Of a DNA stretch of 64,000 nucleotides, positions 51,397 to 64,000 are shown piece after piece. The notes beneath the pieces are model-generated. The model had not been told where the DNA came from. It searched no databases and saw only the letters and a list, made by a program, of their open reading frames with translations. Within the stretch, counting starts at the first letter, position 1. Each line of letters starts with the position of its first letter. The position numbers and the translations under genes were made by a program. The stretch comes from Octopus bimaculoides (Eukaryota), in NCBI RefSeq assembly GCF_001194135.2, contig NC_069003.1, positions 2,575,224-2,639,223 on the forward strand. The letters run 5' to 3'.

Positions 51397-52128
51397 TGTA
51401 TGTATATATATGCGTTTGTGTGTATGTATATGCATACATATGTATGTATGCGCGTGCGCGTTTGTATGTTTGTATATGTGTGTCCCTTCAAAACAAATTT
51501 GCCATATATTTCACTTGCCCATCTATTTCCAGCTTGATTTGAATAAACTTCCCATCTACAGTCATTTGACTCAAATAAACGTTTCATTTCTCTCCTCAAC
51601 AAATAAATCATTTCCTCACATAGATTTTTTCCAACAACCATTAATTATTTTCTTCATTTCTAGTCCGACGTTCCTTGTCATCCCAAACGGCTTGTCAATC
51701 AGACGATATACGCCGCCATTATTCGAATTTTCTTTTCTCTCTAACATATTTGATTTGAATCTACTCTATCGATATTTTCCTAACTCTATAGCCCCAAATT
51801 TTGTACGTATCTTCCCTTTAATTTTCGATTTCTCATCCCAAACCCTCCTTTATCCTTTCTTTCTCCATCACTTCTACCATTTTTCTTATAAATTGTTATT
51901 TATTGATGCTTCTAAGTGACAATCATAGACCGCCATTGCTATGAAGCTGTTTGTTATTTCGTGTTAATACTTATATATAAGTAAATAAAAGCTACTGTTT
52001 TTCAGTCAATCATGCTTTTTATAAGATACATCAACGTACTAGAACAGCTCTGCTGTTGGTATTACTTTCTGAGGTATTAGTTAACAAAAGCCATTTATGT
52101 GTGTGCGCGTGTGCGCGCCTGTGTTTAT

Positions 52129-52216
<88 letters not shown>

Positions 52217-52244
52217 CGTATGTGTATTTCGTGTGCAAGATTTA

Positions 52245-52286
<42 letters not shown>

Positions 52287-52849
52287 ATATATTGTTGTAC
52301 AATATACAAGGTAACTATATATATATAAAGAGAGACAAAGAGATTTAACTTGTATATTGTTCAGCATGGCAATGAAGCACGTTTGTGTCAAAAGCGAGTG
52401 AATGTTTGCAAATTTGTGGCTTCTCGTTGATAAGAAAGTGTCTCTTTGCAGTGTTTTGTAAAATATTCTAACTGCTGGTTTATGGTTCGATCAAATACAA
52501 TTTGTGTTTTTCAATGGCTTTTCTTAATGATTTATCCATTCATTCTCTATCTAAGGTTTAATGGATTCATATAGTATTATACAACAACAGAATGTATTGA
52601 TGAGCCGTGGAAAATCTGTGAGAAGCCGGTCGGAGTCTGGTTTGTTCGTTTTAGAAAAACTTTCATTTACCAAGAGACGTAAAACCGTATAACGAAAATG
52701 GAGGAATGATAAAACAGAAGTCTGGTTGAGATGTTTTCAATAAAGGAGGTATTTATTTTCTTAGTTTACAAGGAAAGATATTGTTACGACGAACAACCAA
52801 ATTGTCGCTACATGGGATGTTTTATTTTTTCTTCGTTTCACTGTGGAAA

Positions 52850-53340
52850 CAGACAAGGAAAGTCCGGAGTCGATCAGTGGTCAAGTGAACAGGTCATCTC
52901 TTCAGCTAGACCATTCCTTCAGTGTTCTATGTGTGTGCTCTGTGAGACTGCTTTTAACCCTGTGTGTGCTCTGTCTCACAGTTCTGGTTCTCTGCCTTAG
53001 ATGCCATAGATGTGGTGCTTTTACAGCAAACAAATCGGCTCAGAGAGACAGCTCCAAAAGCTAGAATCTCTGCAGGAGGTCAGACTTCTACACCTCGACA
53101 TCGAATGACGACTGCGGCTACGGCCTCCTCGCGACCCGACACCTTTGCTCTATCGGTTGGGCATTTGTCAAATTTGCCAAATTGGATTTCTGGGTCGCTG
53201 GCAGAAGCCATACTTTGGCTAATTGACAGCCTCAGCTGCGGCCAACCATCGAATGAAATCAGCATTCGTGAGAGACGTGGTGAAATCGCTGGTCGGAGCC
53301 AACTCGACCCACCCCCGGTGAATGCAACTACAAGTACATG
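52850..53340 (+). mobile_element. Decayed RTE-clade LINE 3' fragment
   Basis: Remnants ...VLCET..., CLRCHR, SLQEVRLLH, then CATTCGTGAGAGACGTGGTGAAATCGCTGGTC...CCGGTGAATGC...CAAGTACA, homologous to the 3692-3790 minus terminus. Confidence 0.55.
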
Positions 53341-54151
53341 CATATATACATAAATACAATCACACAGTCTTCCCTAAACTCTTCTACACTTATCACCCTT
53401 TCTTAGGACACTCTCGCTCTTCTCTGATGGGAAACATCGATTCAATTCATTCCTGGCCTTTGTAATTATTCAAGCATGGATCATCTCTAAACCAGCGTTA
53501 CTTTTCACATTCCATTTGTTTTTCTTCTCTTATTTCTTCTATCTTGACAAACGAAACATTGTCCGAAACGTCGTTGTGTTTATTATTTTTTCCTGAAGGT
53601 TCTGATTTTTCGCTCATATCGTACGAAAATATTCATCTGCTACATCCTCTTCTTTTCTTAACGAAACAGAGAGTGTTTTGATAGAGATTTAGCAACTATT
53701 TCTAGCAGATCGGAAGGACTTCTGGAAGATTCTTTGTTGGCTTGTAATCATTATATTATTTAAATCTAGTAATTAAAATGATTAATTTCTAAGATATTCT
53801 TTTCAGTTTTGTACTCGGAAATCTCCAACGCGTCTGGTAAGTCTGATACTAAATCTAAATTGCGGATAATAATTAAAATTTCTTATAATATTAATCTTTT
53901 TTTTTTAATATTCATTTGTTGGATTTTGCTTTTAATTTTATCAGAAAAATATTCGAGATTTTTTAATTTTCCAAAATTTTTAATTTTCGAGATTGAGTTA
54001 TTTAACCGATATCAATTATTCTGCGTGTGACTATATTCTATCTGTATGTATGTATTCATGCATGAGTGTATATATATATAGTACATTGCACAGTTAAACA
54101 TGCATACACATGAACACATGTATGTAAAGATGTGTATAGAAAGCTATTCTC

Positions 54152-54234
<83 letters not shown>

Positions 54235-54237
54235 TAC

Positions 54238-54448
54238 TTTCCTGCTGTAGGTACAAGGCCCGAAATTTTGGGGGATAGAGCCAGTCGATTATATCGACAC
54301 CAGTACGCAACTGGTACTTAATTTATCGACCCCTAAAGGCTGAAAGGCAAAGTCGACCGCGGTGGAATTTGAACTCATAACGTAAAGACAGACGAAATAC
54401 CGCTAAGCATTTCGCCCGGCGTGCTAACGATTCTGGCAGCTCGCCTCC
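54238..54448 (-). mobile_element. SINE family A copy
   Basis: Near full-length reverse-complement match. Confidence 0.8.
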
Positions 54449-54515
54449 TTATATAATGTAAATATTATACATGGTAGATATCATCTACGTATATATGTGT
54501 GCATATATATATATA

Positions 54516-54553
<38 letters not shown>

Positions 54554-54927
54554 TTCAAAAGTGTATATCGATATGTATGCATATAGATATACATATATGT
54601 GTGCGCATATGTGTTTTATATGTATATATGTATGTTTGCATGTGTGTGTGTGTATGTACGTATGCATGTGTGTATGTATGTTTATATGAATGTATATGTA
54701 TATATGCATTGAATAAACTTATTAATTGAATAAATATATCAACAATATAAATATTTTAATTAATTAATCACTTCGGCAGATTTCTAGAGATCAGACACAA
54801 TGCCGGAAACAAGCCGTACAAAATGCGCGCAGAAACACACACACACACAGACAGCCAGACAAACATACATACATACATACATACATACAGACAGACAGAC
54901 AGACACACACACACACACACACACACA

Positions 54928-54975
<48 letters not shown>

Positions 54976-55978
54976 TACACACAAGCACACACAAATCAGA
55001 TTGTTTCCTCTTCTGATGTTTACAGCAATGTGGGTCTTCCATAGTAAAACTGATATTGAGGTCAAATGTCAAACCTACCTGTAAGTTATGTCTGGAATTG
55101 ATTATTGATTTTTGATTATTTTTTATTTATTTATTCACTTATTTATTTATTTTATTATTTAGCTTTATTTCCGATTTTCACGTTTCTTAGAATATCGGCA
55201 GAAAAACTTCGCACACAACGATGTGTACACAAACGCATGCGTATCCAAATATACATGCATATATATATATATATATANNNNNNNNNNNNNNNNNNNNNNN
55301 NNNNNNNNNNNNNNNNNNNNNNNNNNNNNNNNNNNNNNNNNNNNNNNNNNNNNNNNNNNNNNNNNNNNNNNNNNNNNNNNNNNNNNNNNNNNNNNNNNNN
55401 NNNNNNNNNNNNNNNNNNNNNNNNNNNNNNNNNNNNNNNNNNNNNNNNNNNNNNNNNNNNNNNNNNNNNNNNNNNNNNNNNNNNNNNNNNNNNNNNNNNN
55501 NNNNNNNNNNNNNNNNNNNNNNNNNNNNNNNNNNNNNNNNNNNNNNNNNNNNNNNNNATATATATATGTATGTGTGTGTGTGTGTGTGTGCAAGTATGTA
55601 TTATATAGATAGATATAAATGTAGATATATTGTAGAGATCTCTTTTACTAGAGCAGCGACTGTTCCCGTTTCGTTCACTTCAGATAATGTTGAAATGTAC
55701 TCGAAGAGAGGAAGTTCTTCCTCTGAAGAAGGAGCTGGTGTCCAACAACGATACGAAGCTCCATCTTTAGAACGCAGATAGCAAAGACAACGTGACATTT
55801 TGAACTTCAGGAAAGTCTTGCATATTTTAACTGTTCCGCTTACAGATTGTATTCGAAGCAGTTGTCCCTAGTTACCCCCATAGTTATCAGGTTCATTTGC
55901 TTAATAATAGACACAGGGTCCTAAAGGCAGAAAAGTCGCTTCTGATTATCTCGAGGGTGAAAGCAATACTGGAAAGTA

Positions 55979-56120
55979 GATCTTCTTCTTCTTCTTCTTC
56001 TTCTTCTTCTTCTTCTTCTTCTTCTTCTTCTTCTTCTTCTTCTTCTTCTTCTTCTTCTTCCAATAATAATAATAATAATTGTTGTTGTTGTTGCTGTTGT
56101 TGTTGTTGTTGTTGTTGTTG
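55979..56120 (+). repeat. Compound trinucleotide microsatellite (TTC)n-(AAT)n-(GTT)n
   Basis: Directly visible; representative of dozens of (TA)n, (CA)n, (GA)n, (TATG)n, (CAT)n and (AAT)n tracts in the window. Confidence 0.95.
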
Positions 56121-56321
56121 TCGTCGCGGCTGCAACAAGTTTGTGTATTTGTTTTCTTTCTTCTTTTTGTTGTTGTTGTTGTTGTTGTTTAGTTCTTTAA
56201 CAATGTCGAATTATCAAGGTTTCTATGCTACGTGACATGTTATTTTGGATTTCAAGCCAAAACTGATCAACGATCGATATGCAAAAGTATATGGGTGCGT
56301 GCGTGCGCATGTTTGTGTCTA

Positions 56322-56392
<71 letters not shown>

Positions 56393-57379
56393 CCTTTTTC
56401 TTTATCTCTAATCTAATGCTTCTTTTTGCTTGTATAAATTAACTGCTAACAGGATTGCTCTGATTGGTAGAACGCTTTGTAAACACTGCTACCACCACCA
56501 CCACCAACAACAACAACAAAAACACCACCACCACCAACAACAACAACACCAACAGCAACAACACCAACAGCAACAGCAACGACAACAACAACAACAAAAA
56601 CGATATCAGAAACATCAGTAGTGAAACAAAATGCAAACCCAAACTGAACAAGCAAAAATATCTGATCACTACGTAGGTTTAATTTACTGGGTTGCATTTT
56701 AAAGGAGATGATCGACGGTCTTAGGTTCAATTCCAGCATGAGGTACCGGTTGAAAAATTTTAAGGAAGAGCTCGATAGAAGAACTTTGAGGATGATTTCC
56801 ATCATCAGCACAAGACAATAAATTTTGGGGATGGTGTATTGTTCCTTTCCCCCCTCACCGATTAAACGAAATACCAGTGAAATACTGGGGTCGATTAAAG
56901 GAAATAGCAAATACCGAGACTGACTTAAGCAACAAACCCATGCAAACCGATGGCGACTTTATTTTCCCATTCCATCCTCCCAGGAACGATGAAACGAAAT
57001 CCTAAAGCTGGCATCTGTTGGTAAGGGTTAGTAGGCTAAATCGATTCCCATATTTGTTATTTCGTTTCATAGATCCTAAAAGGACGAAAAGCAAAGTTGG
57101 CATCGGCAGGTTTTGAACTCAGGACGTAAAGATTTGGAAGGTGTTGTATTATGAAGGTGAGCTGGTCGATTGGTTAGCACTCCACTCTTCTCAACTCTTG
57201 GTGGCCTTTTCCGTTTCTCTCAAGTTGGATTCCTGCTTTTTTTTTTATCTCTGCCTCTGTACCCTGTCTCCCTTGTGAATTCTGAGCCAGGGCCTGACGT
57301 GTAATGAAAGAAGTTGGTTTCCTCTCGGATTTGGCTGCATTGTGTCGTATGCTTCCTCGAAGAAAGGTCTTAACCTTCC

Positions 57380-57610
57380 AAGTTTTGTTTGTTTTGAAAT
57401 GTCATCGATGTCTTATGTAAACTTTGCTATTTTTCTAGGTAGGGTTGTCGACCCTAAGCAAAACCCATTTTCAACTGGAAAGAGGTGACCCGTATTAATC
57501 TGTCCTTTGATCTGTGCAGCGTAGAAGACCCACCAGGAGCTTGCGTTCTACTGGTATCATTCTCAGGGTCATTGAGTCATGCAAACCACCACATCACCAC
57601 AAAGACTGGT
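57380..57610 (-). mobile_element. Probable 5' UTR remnant of an RTE-clade LINE
   Basis: Minus strand GTGGTGGTTTGCATGACTCAATGACCCTGAGA...GCTCCTGGTGGGTC...GGGTTTTGCTTAGGGTCGACAACCCTACCTAGAAAAA resembles RTE/Expander-type 5' ends from memory; not database-checked. Confidence 0.4.
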
Positions 57611-58531
57611 CCTTGTAGAGGGCCTTTCATCATACGTCTCAGTAATTAGGAATTGTACAGTTCTGACCAACAATAACAACTCGTGCCTTATTTCAAGTGG
57701 CGCCGAGAAAAAATGGTAACTAAGATCCTAAAGGGACGTAGTTAAATGCATCAACGTACTTAACCTGTTGCTTTAGTGATTCTGCTGGCCGTCATCATTA
57801 AAAAGGCATTTTATTATTCTGTCAAGAAGTAGAGTCCGTTGCTGTTGTCCTTGGGGGTTGCTTGGCTCCAGGCCAATCCTGATCAAGTAAACATGATCAA
57901 AGACAATTAAACCGTGAGCATTCCGTCTTTTTCAATTTTCAAGTATATTTATCTAGCAATAATGTGAGGGTTATTTAAGACAATAAACAGTGATTTGAGA
58001 CAGATTTGACTACTATTATTTATCGTAGATCAAGAAAACTTATAGAAGATACTCTTTCTGGCTTCCCTAATGACGTTTTTTCAAGTAAATAATAAAATTA
58101 ATTATATTTATGTACTAAATGCATAGTCCGTTTACTACAATATATAGTGCATGTTTGGCCAACACAGTCAATACATCGGGAAATAGTTTGAAGGATTTAT
58201 GGTGACATAGAAGAAGCATAAAAATGATTTTTATGCTTGCCGAGAAAGCAATAAATTATAGCAGCCGCTTGCATACGTTAAGTGAATATTATAGAGGTTA
58301 TTAATAAGCGGATGTATTTTTTATTGTAAGAAAGAAATTGTAATAGAAAACAAACGCAAATAATTATACAAAACAAAAGTATTTTTTAATGACATATTTC
58401 ACAAATAAAAAGCGTTTTATTCTCCATAGATACACAAATATATATACGCACCTAGTGCCAGCTTACATCTACAAACATATACATCTGTGCATGTGCGTGT
58501 CTTAACACACACACACACACACACGTAGAAA

Positions 58532-58567
<36 letters not shown>

Positions 58568-59270
58568 ATGTTATATATATATTGTATGTATACATTGATT
58601 TATGTATACACACATCCACAAATACTGCATATGTACACTCACAATATGGCGCACGTTTGCAAATGTCTATATCTGTGCAGATTTCAACACAACTACCAAT
58701 TGTAGATACAAAAGCATATGCGTACATACACGTATATGTATATGAATATTTATATGTACGTATATATATATATATATNNNNNNNNNNNNNNNNNNNNNNN
58801 NNNNNNNNNNNNNNNNNNNNNNNNNNNNNNNNNNNNNNNNNNNNNNNNNNNNNNNNNNNNNNNNNNNNNNNNNNNNNNNNNNNNNNNNNNNNNNNNNNNN
58901 NNNNNNNNNNNNNNNNNNNNNNNNNNNNNNNNNNNNNNNNNNNNNNNNNNNNNNNNNNNNNNNNNNNNNNNNNNNNNNNNNNNNNNNNNNNNNNNNNNNN
59001 NNNNNNNNNNNNNNNNNNNNNNNNNNNNNNNNNNNNNNNNNNNNNNNNNNNNNNNNNNNNNNNNNNNNNNNNNNNNNNNNNNNNNNNNNNNNNNNNNNNN
59101 NNNNNNNNNNNNNNNNNNNNNNNNNNNNNNNNNNNNNNNNNNNNNNNNNNNNNNNNNNNNNNNNNNNNNNNNNNNNNNNNNNNNNNNNNNNNNNNNNNNN
59201 NNNNNNNNNNNNNNNNNNNNNNNNNNNNNNNNNNNNNNNNNNNNCATATATAGTTATACATGTATGCTGT

Positions 59271-59473
59271 TAGAATCGGTAGCACGCTGGGCGAAATGCA
59301 TAGCGGTATTTCCTCTGCAGCTACGTTCTTAGTTCAAATTCCGCTGGGGATGACTTCGCCTTTTATCCTTCCGGCGGTCGATAAAATAAGTAACAGCTGA
59401 GCATTGGGTTGAATGTCATCGGCTATCCCCTTCCCCACAAATTTTCAGGCCTTGATCCTATTGTAGAAAGGAA
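59271..59473 (+). mobile_element. SINE family A copy
   Basis: Matches the family consensus. Confidence 0.75.
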
Positions 59474-59583
59474 TATTCCTCAGACATGCCTTCTGCATGT
59501 TACAGTGTGGCAAAGCTGGACTTTGTTGTTACAAGCGCTGTCCATCAGACACGCTTCTCTACAGTTTCTGTTAAGCTAATTTC

Positions 59584-59882
59584 ACTAGAAATACCTGCTA
59601 GACATGATCTTGGTAGAAACAGCAGCTGGACATGAAATTTGCTAGAAATAGCAGCTACACATGGATTTGCTAGAAATAGCAGCTAAACATGGATTTGCCA
59701 GAAATAGCAACGAGACATGAAATTTTGCTAGAAATAGCAGTGAGACTTGGATTTGCTAGAAATAGCAGCTAGACAAGAAATTTGCTAGAAATAGCAGCTA
59801 CACTTGATTTTGCTAGATATAGCAGCTAGACATGGATTTGCTAGAAATACCATCCATACTTGGATTTGCTAGAAATAGCAGC
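59584..59882 (+). repeat. Minisatellite, about 11 units of 28-30 bp (GCTAGAAATAGCAGCTAGACATGGATTT)
   Basis: Unit starts at 59641, 59669, 59697, 59727, 59755, 59784, 59812, 59840 and 59868, plus two degenerate units from 59584. Confidence 0.92.
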
Positions 59883-60667
59883 AAGAATAAATAACAAGAA
59901 CAAGAAATTAAAATCTATGTAACAAAAGCGGAAGACAAGCTGGATGGCCACCATTTCTCTCATCGCCACCACCATCATCATCATCATCATCATCATCACT
60001 ATCGATTCCTAATCCACCAGCAGCTGCAGCACCACCACCACCACCACCACCACCACCACCATTGCCTCCATTATCAGTACCATCATCACCATTATCACCA
60101 CTCAACACAACCACGACCACGNNNNNNNNNNNNNNNNNNNNNNNNNNNNNNNNNNNNNNNNNNNNNNNNNNNNNNNNNNNNNNNNNNNNNNNNNNNNNNN
60201 NNNNNNNNNNNNNNNNNGACCACGACCACCACCACCTCTACCGTCTCCAACGCCAACACCACCACCACCACCACTACCACCACCACCATCACCACTACCA
60301 CCACCACCATCACCACTACCACCACCACCACCATCAGGAGCAGCAGAAACAACAATAAGAACGTTTCTTGCAACAACTTGACTAGCATTACAAGACATAA
60401 TGGTAAAAGCTATTAAGTCGGGTTCAAGGAACCCAAGAAAGCAAGACAGCAGCAGCAGACTTGGATTCATTTGGAATTCAATCTTATTGAAAGAACTGAC
60501 GAGAACCAATCGACTTGGGCAACAAATCGATAATTTAAACTTTGATCTTTCTGGAAATTAAGATCACTTTCTTTTACTGAAATATATTCAAGCGTTTTTA
60601 GACATAAATGGGGTTTTTATCTGTGTGTGTATGTATGAGTGTGTGTGCGTTTGTGTGTGCGTGTATG

Positions 60668-60739
<72 letters not shown>

Positions 60740-60901
60740 TACATATATATAACTTGTTTCAGTCGTTGGCCTGCGGACAAGCTGGGGTGCCGCTGCCAGC
60801 CGAGTCGATCACATCGACTCGACTACTTATTCGGTTTGGTTCTTATACATGCATACGTATGTACGTACATTTGTATGTATGTATGTATGTATGTATGTAT
60901 G

Positions 60902-60933
<32 letters not shown>

Positions 60934-61035
60934 TATACTCATATATATGTATGCATATTTACACACACGCATGTACATAGATACATACATGCATACACAT
61001 GTATACATATATATAGAGATATGTATACATGCATA

Positions 61036-61073
<38 letters not shown>

Positions 61074-61613
61074 TATATTTAAATCTATATATCTATATCT
61101 ATATATCTCTCTCTATATACATNNNNNNNNNNNNNNNNNNNNNNNNNNNNNNNNNNNNNNNNNNNNNNNNNNNNNNNNNNNNNNNNNNNNNNNNNNNNNN
61201 NNNNNNNNNNNNNNNNNNNNNNNNNNNNNNNNNNNNNNNNNNNNNNNNNNNNNNNNNNNNNNNNNNNNNNNNNNNNNNNNNNNNNNNNNNNNNNNNNNNN
61301 NNNNNNNNNNNNNNNNNNNNNNNNNNNNNNNNNNNNNNNNNNNNNNNNNNNNNNNNNNNNNNNNNNNNNNNNNNNNNNNNNNNNNNNNNNNNNNNNNNNN
61401 NNNNNNNNNNNNNNNNNNNNNNNNNNNNNNNNNNNNNNNNNNNNNNNNNNNNNNNNNNNNNNNNNNNNNNNNNNNNNNNNNNNNNNNNNNNNNNNNNNNN
61501 NNNNNNNNNNNNNNNNNNNNNNNNNNNNNNNNNNNNNNNNNNNNNNNNNNNNNNNNNNNNNNNNNNNNNNNNNNNNNNNNNNNNNNNNNNNNNNNNNNNN
61601 NNNNNNNNNNNNN

Positions 61614-61711
<98 letters not shown>

Positions 61712-62657
61712 AGTTTGTGTGTGAGAGAGAAAGCGAGTGTAAAGTCTCTAATGTGTCACGGAGGGGAACTTTGTTCTCTGTGCAGCTGGTTTGCAGCAAT
61801 ACGTAAGAGATAAACGAGTGCAGAAGTACTTTCTTCTAGCAACAAGCCCCAACTAATAACTATTCATGGCTTATTCACGATGAATAAGGGCCTTGAAAGG
61901 TCCCGGTTTAACTTGATTGAAATTCGCAGATGATCTACGTCCTTAAATTAACACAAATATATAGCATGTAGTTTCCACATCGTATGAAGCTGCCCTCGTG
62001 GCCACATCAGAAGACTGCCAGGTATGGCTGAAAAGAGTCCCATTGCCCTGTAAATTATTTTGGGTTTTGGATAAGGTTTAGTGTGTAAATACTGAAAGAA
62101 AATGTGACGTGTACTCCCATAAGAATTCAAGTACTGTACCCAACACCTTGTTACTCGCACCAAACGCAGTCTCCAAGATATGCCTGGCTGGAAATGCCTT
62201 GTAGTAATTTGTTTCGGCTGTTTACAACCTGCGTTCAAGTCTCGTAGAGATAAACCTCGCCTTTTATCCCTCTAGGGGTCGTTGAAATAAAACACCAACC
62301 AGGTACTCGTTAGTCTTCTACTTTGGTTTTTCTCCCCATCAAAACCGCTGGATTTATACCTAAATTAAAACATCTCTCCATCGTCTTGGAGGGTTTCCTA
62401 ATTGTCTTTCCCCATTTACTCACCGGTTTCAGACAGCTTCACAGGTTTAGTTGCCGTTCGCGAACTGTCCGTTATGTCCGGATCAGAAGAATTTTCAGTA
62501 ATCCGTGATCTCATCCTTCGCTCCTGCCTGTTCTCAAATTACCTCTGCAACGATATTCTAAGCAAGAATTTTTCCAAGGCCCTCATGAGATTTGAAACGA
62601 TAAAACTAGAAAAAGGATTTTATTTTTACGCACATGTAATCCACGTTTAACGCGACA

Positions 62658-62738
<81 letters not shown>

Positions 62739-63549
62739 GTCTGTCTATCTTTCTCTCTCTCTCTGTCTTCCTATCTAATTATGTATGTGCACATAAACAC
62801 ACATACATAAATAAATACATACAGCAATACAAATACATATATAAATACATAGATACACCTATACAAACATGCATGCACACACACACACGCACACGCTTGT
62901 GTATATAATTTACGATTTTAAAGACTAGTTCTATACTTGATATAATTCGAAATTTTATTCAAATTTATTGAACGCTTAAGTAAACTTTTTATATTTTCGT
63001 TGTGTTTGAAAATCATTTATCTAACACATACAAACGTACACATAGGCATATATGAATATATATATGAGTATACTTACTTACATATATATATATATATATG
63101 TTTACAACGTAGGTATGAATATATATATNNNNNNNNNNNNNNNNNNNNNNNNNNNNNNNNNNNNNNNNNNNNNNNNNNNNNNNNNNNNNNNNNNNNNNNN
63201 NNNNNNNNNNNNNNNNNNNNNNNNNNNNNNNNNNNNNNNNNNNNNNNNNNNNNNNNNNNNNNNNNNNNNNNNNNNNNNNNNNNNNNNNNNNNNNNNNNNN
63301 NNNNNNNNNNNNNNNNNNNNNNNNNNNNNNNNNNNNNNNNNNNNNNNNNNNNNNNNNNNNNNNNNNNNNNNNNNNNNNNNNNNNNNNNNNNNNNNNNNNN
63401 NNNNNNNNNNNNNNNNNNNNNNNNNNNNNNNNNNNNNNNNNNNNNNNNNNNNNNNNNNNNNNNNNNNNNNNNNNNNNNNNNNNNNNNNNNNNNNNNNNNN
63501 NNNNNNNNNNNNNNNNNNNNNNNNNNNNNNNNNNNNNNNNNNNNNNNNN

Positions 63550-63616
<67 letters not shown>

Positions 63617-63957
63617 TAGAGAGAGAGAGAGGGAGAGACAGACAGAGAGACAGAGAGACAGAGAGAGAAGAGGAGAAATAATGTTCTTGTACAACCATCT
63701 ATTTTATGGAAGATGGCGGACAGAAAACAATGAAAACAGAATCACAACACATCATTCAATTTATCTATTTTCGTTCTCCAATTATTTCTGACACTAATTA
63801 CTTTATATGCGATCATGCACACAAACACATCAACGCGTATACATCATACCAGATACATATATACATACATACACACATGCATATACATACATATACATAC
63901 ATACACATATATATGTATATATATGTAATGTATATATATATATATATAGATAGATAG

Positions 63958-64000
<43 letters not shown>

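Noticed and set aside
52995-53030. Zinc knuckle (CHRC) of a gag-like protein
   Set aside because: No CX2CX4HX4C completion; better explained as the CLRxI motif region of a decayed RTE ORF.
53420-53575. Hammerhead ribozyme motifs (CTGATGGGAAAC; TTGACAAAC...CCGAAACGTCG), similarly near 20850-20875
   Set aside because: Catalytic core CUGANGA and stem II are broken; at most dead Penelope-like relics.
59584-59882. CRISPR-like array
   Set aside because: Eukaryotic context, spacers only 13-15 nt and similar to each other, no cas genes; it is a minisatellite.

Overview
AT-rich, microsatellite-dense eukaryotic genomic DNA with about 11 N-gaps. The SINE and microsatellite landscape suggests an octopus/coleoid cephalopod (inference). 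One protein-coding gene is well supported: ornithine decarboxylase antizyme (OAZ) on the + strand, with coding exons at 31223-31532, 38044-38129 and 39982-40109. Exon 31223-31532 contains the canonical +1 programmed ribosomal frameshift site (GGG CCT CGG TGG TGT TCC TGA C, stop 31278-31280) followed by a predicted H-type pseudoknot (31285-31351). The ORF1 start exon is unresolved; a weak candidate lies at 23351-23358. The rest is mobile DNA: three SINE-like families, decayed RTE and L1/Tx1 LINE fragments, MITEs (Merlin-like, hAT-like, Tc1/mariner-like, Helentron-associated-like, and a CpG-rich palindrome with telomeric repeats), a possible solo LTR and a 28-30 bp minisatellite. Antizyme frameshifting is known biology. 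The most novel idea here is that the single A-C mismatch in pseudoknot stem 2 could be an A-to-I editing site linking cephalopod RNA editing to frameshift efficiency; this is untested. Almost all ORFs in the supplied track are repeat or gap artefacts, and the real one (31297-31536) is labelled minus although it reads on the + strand.
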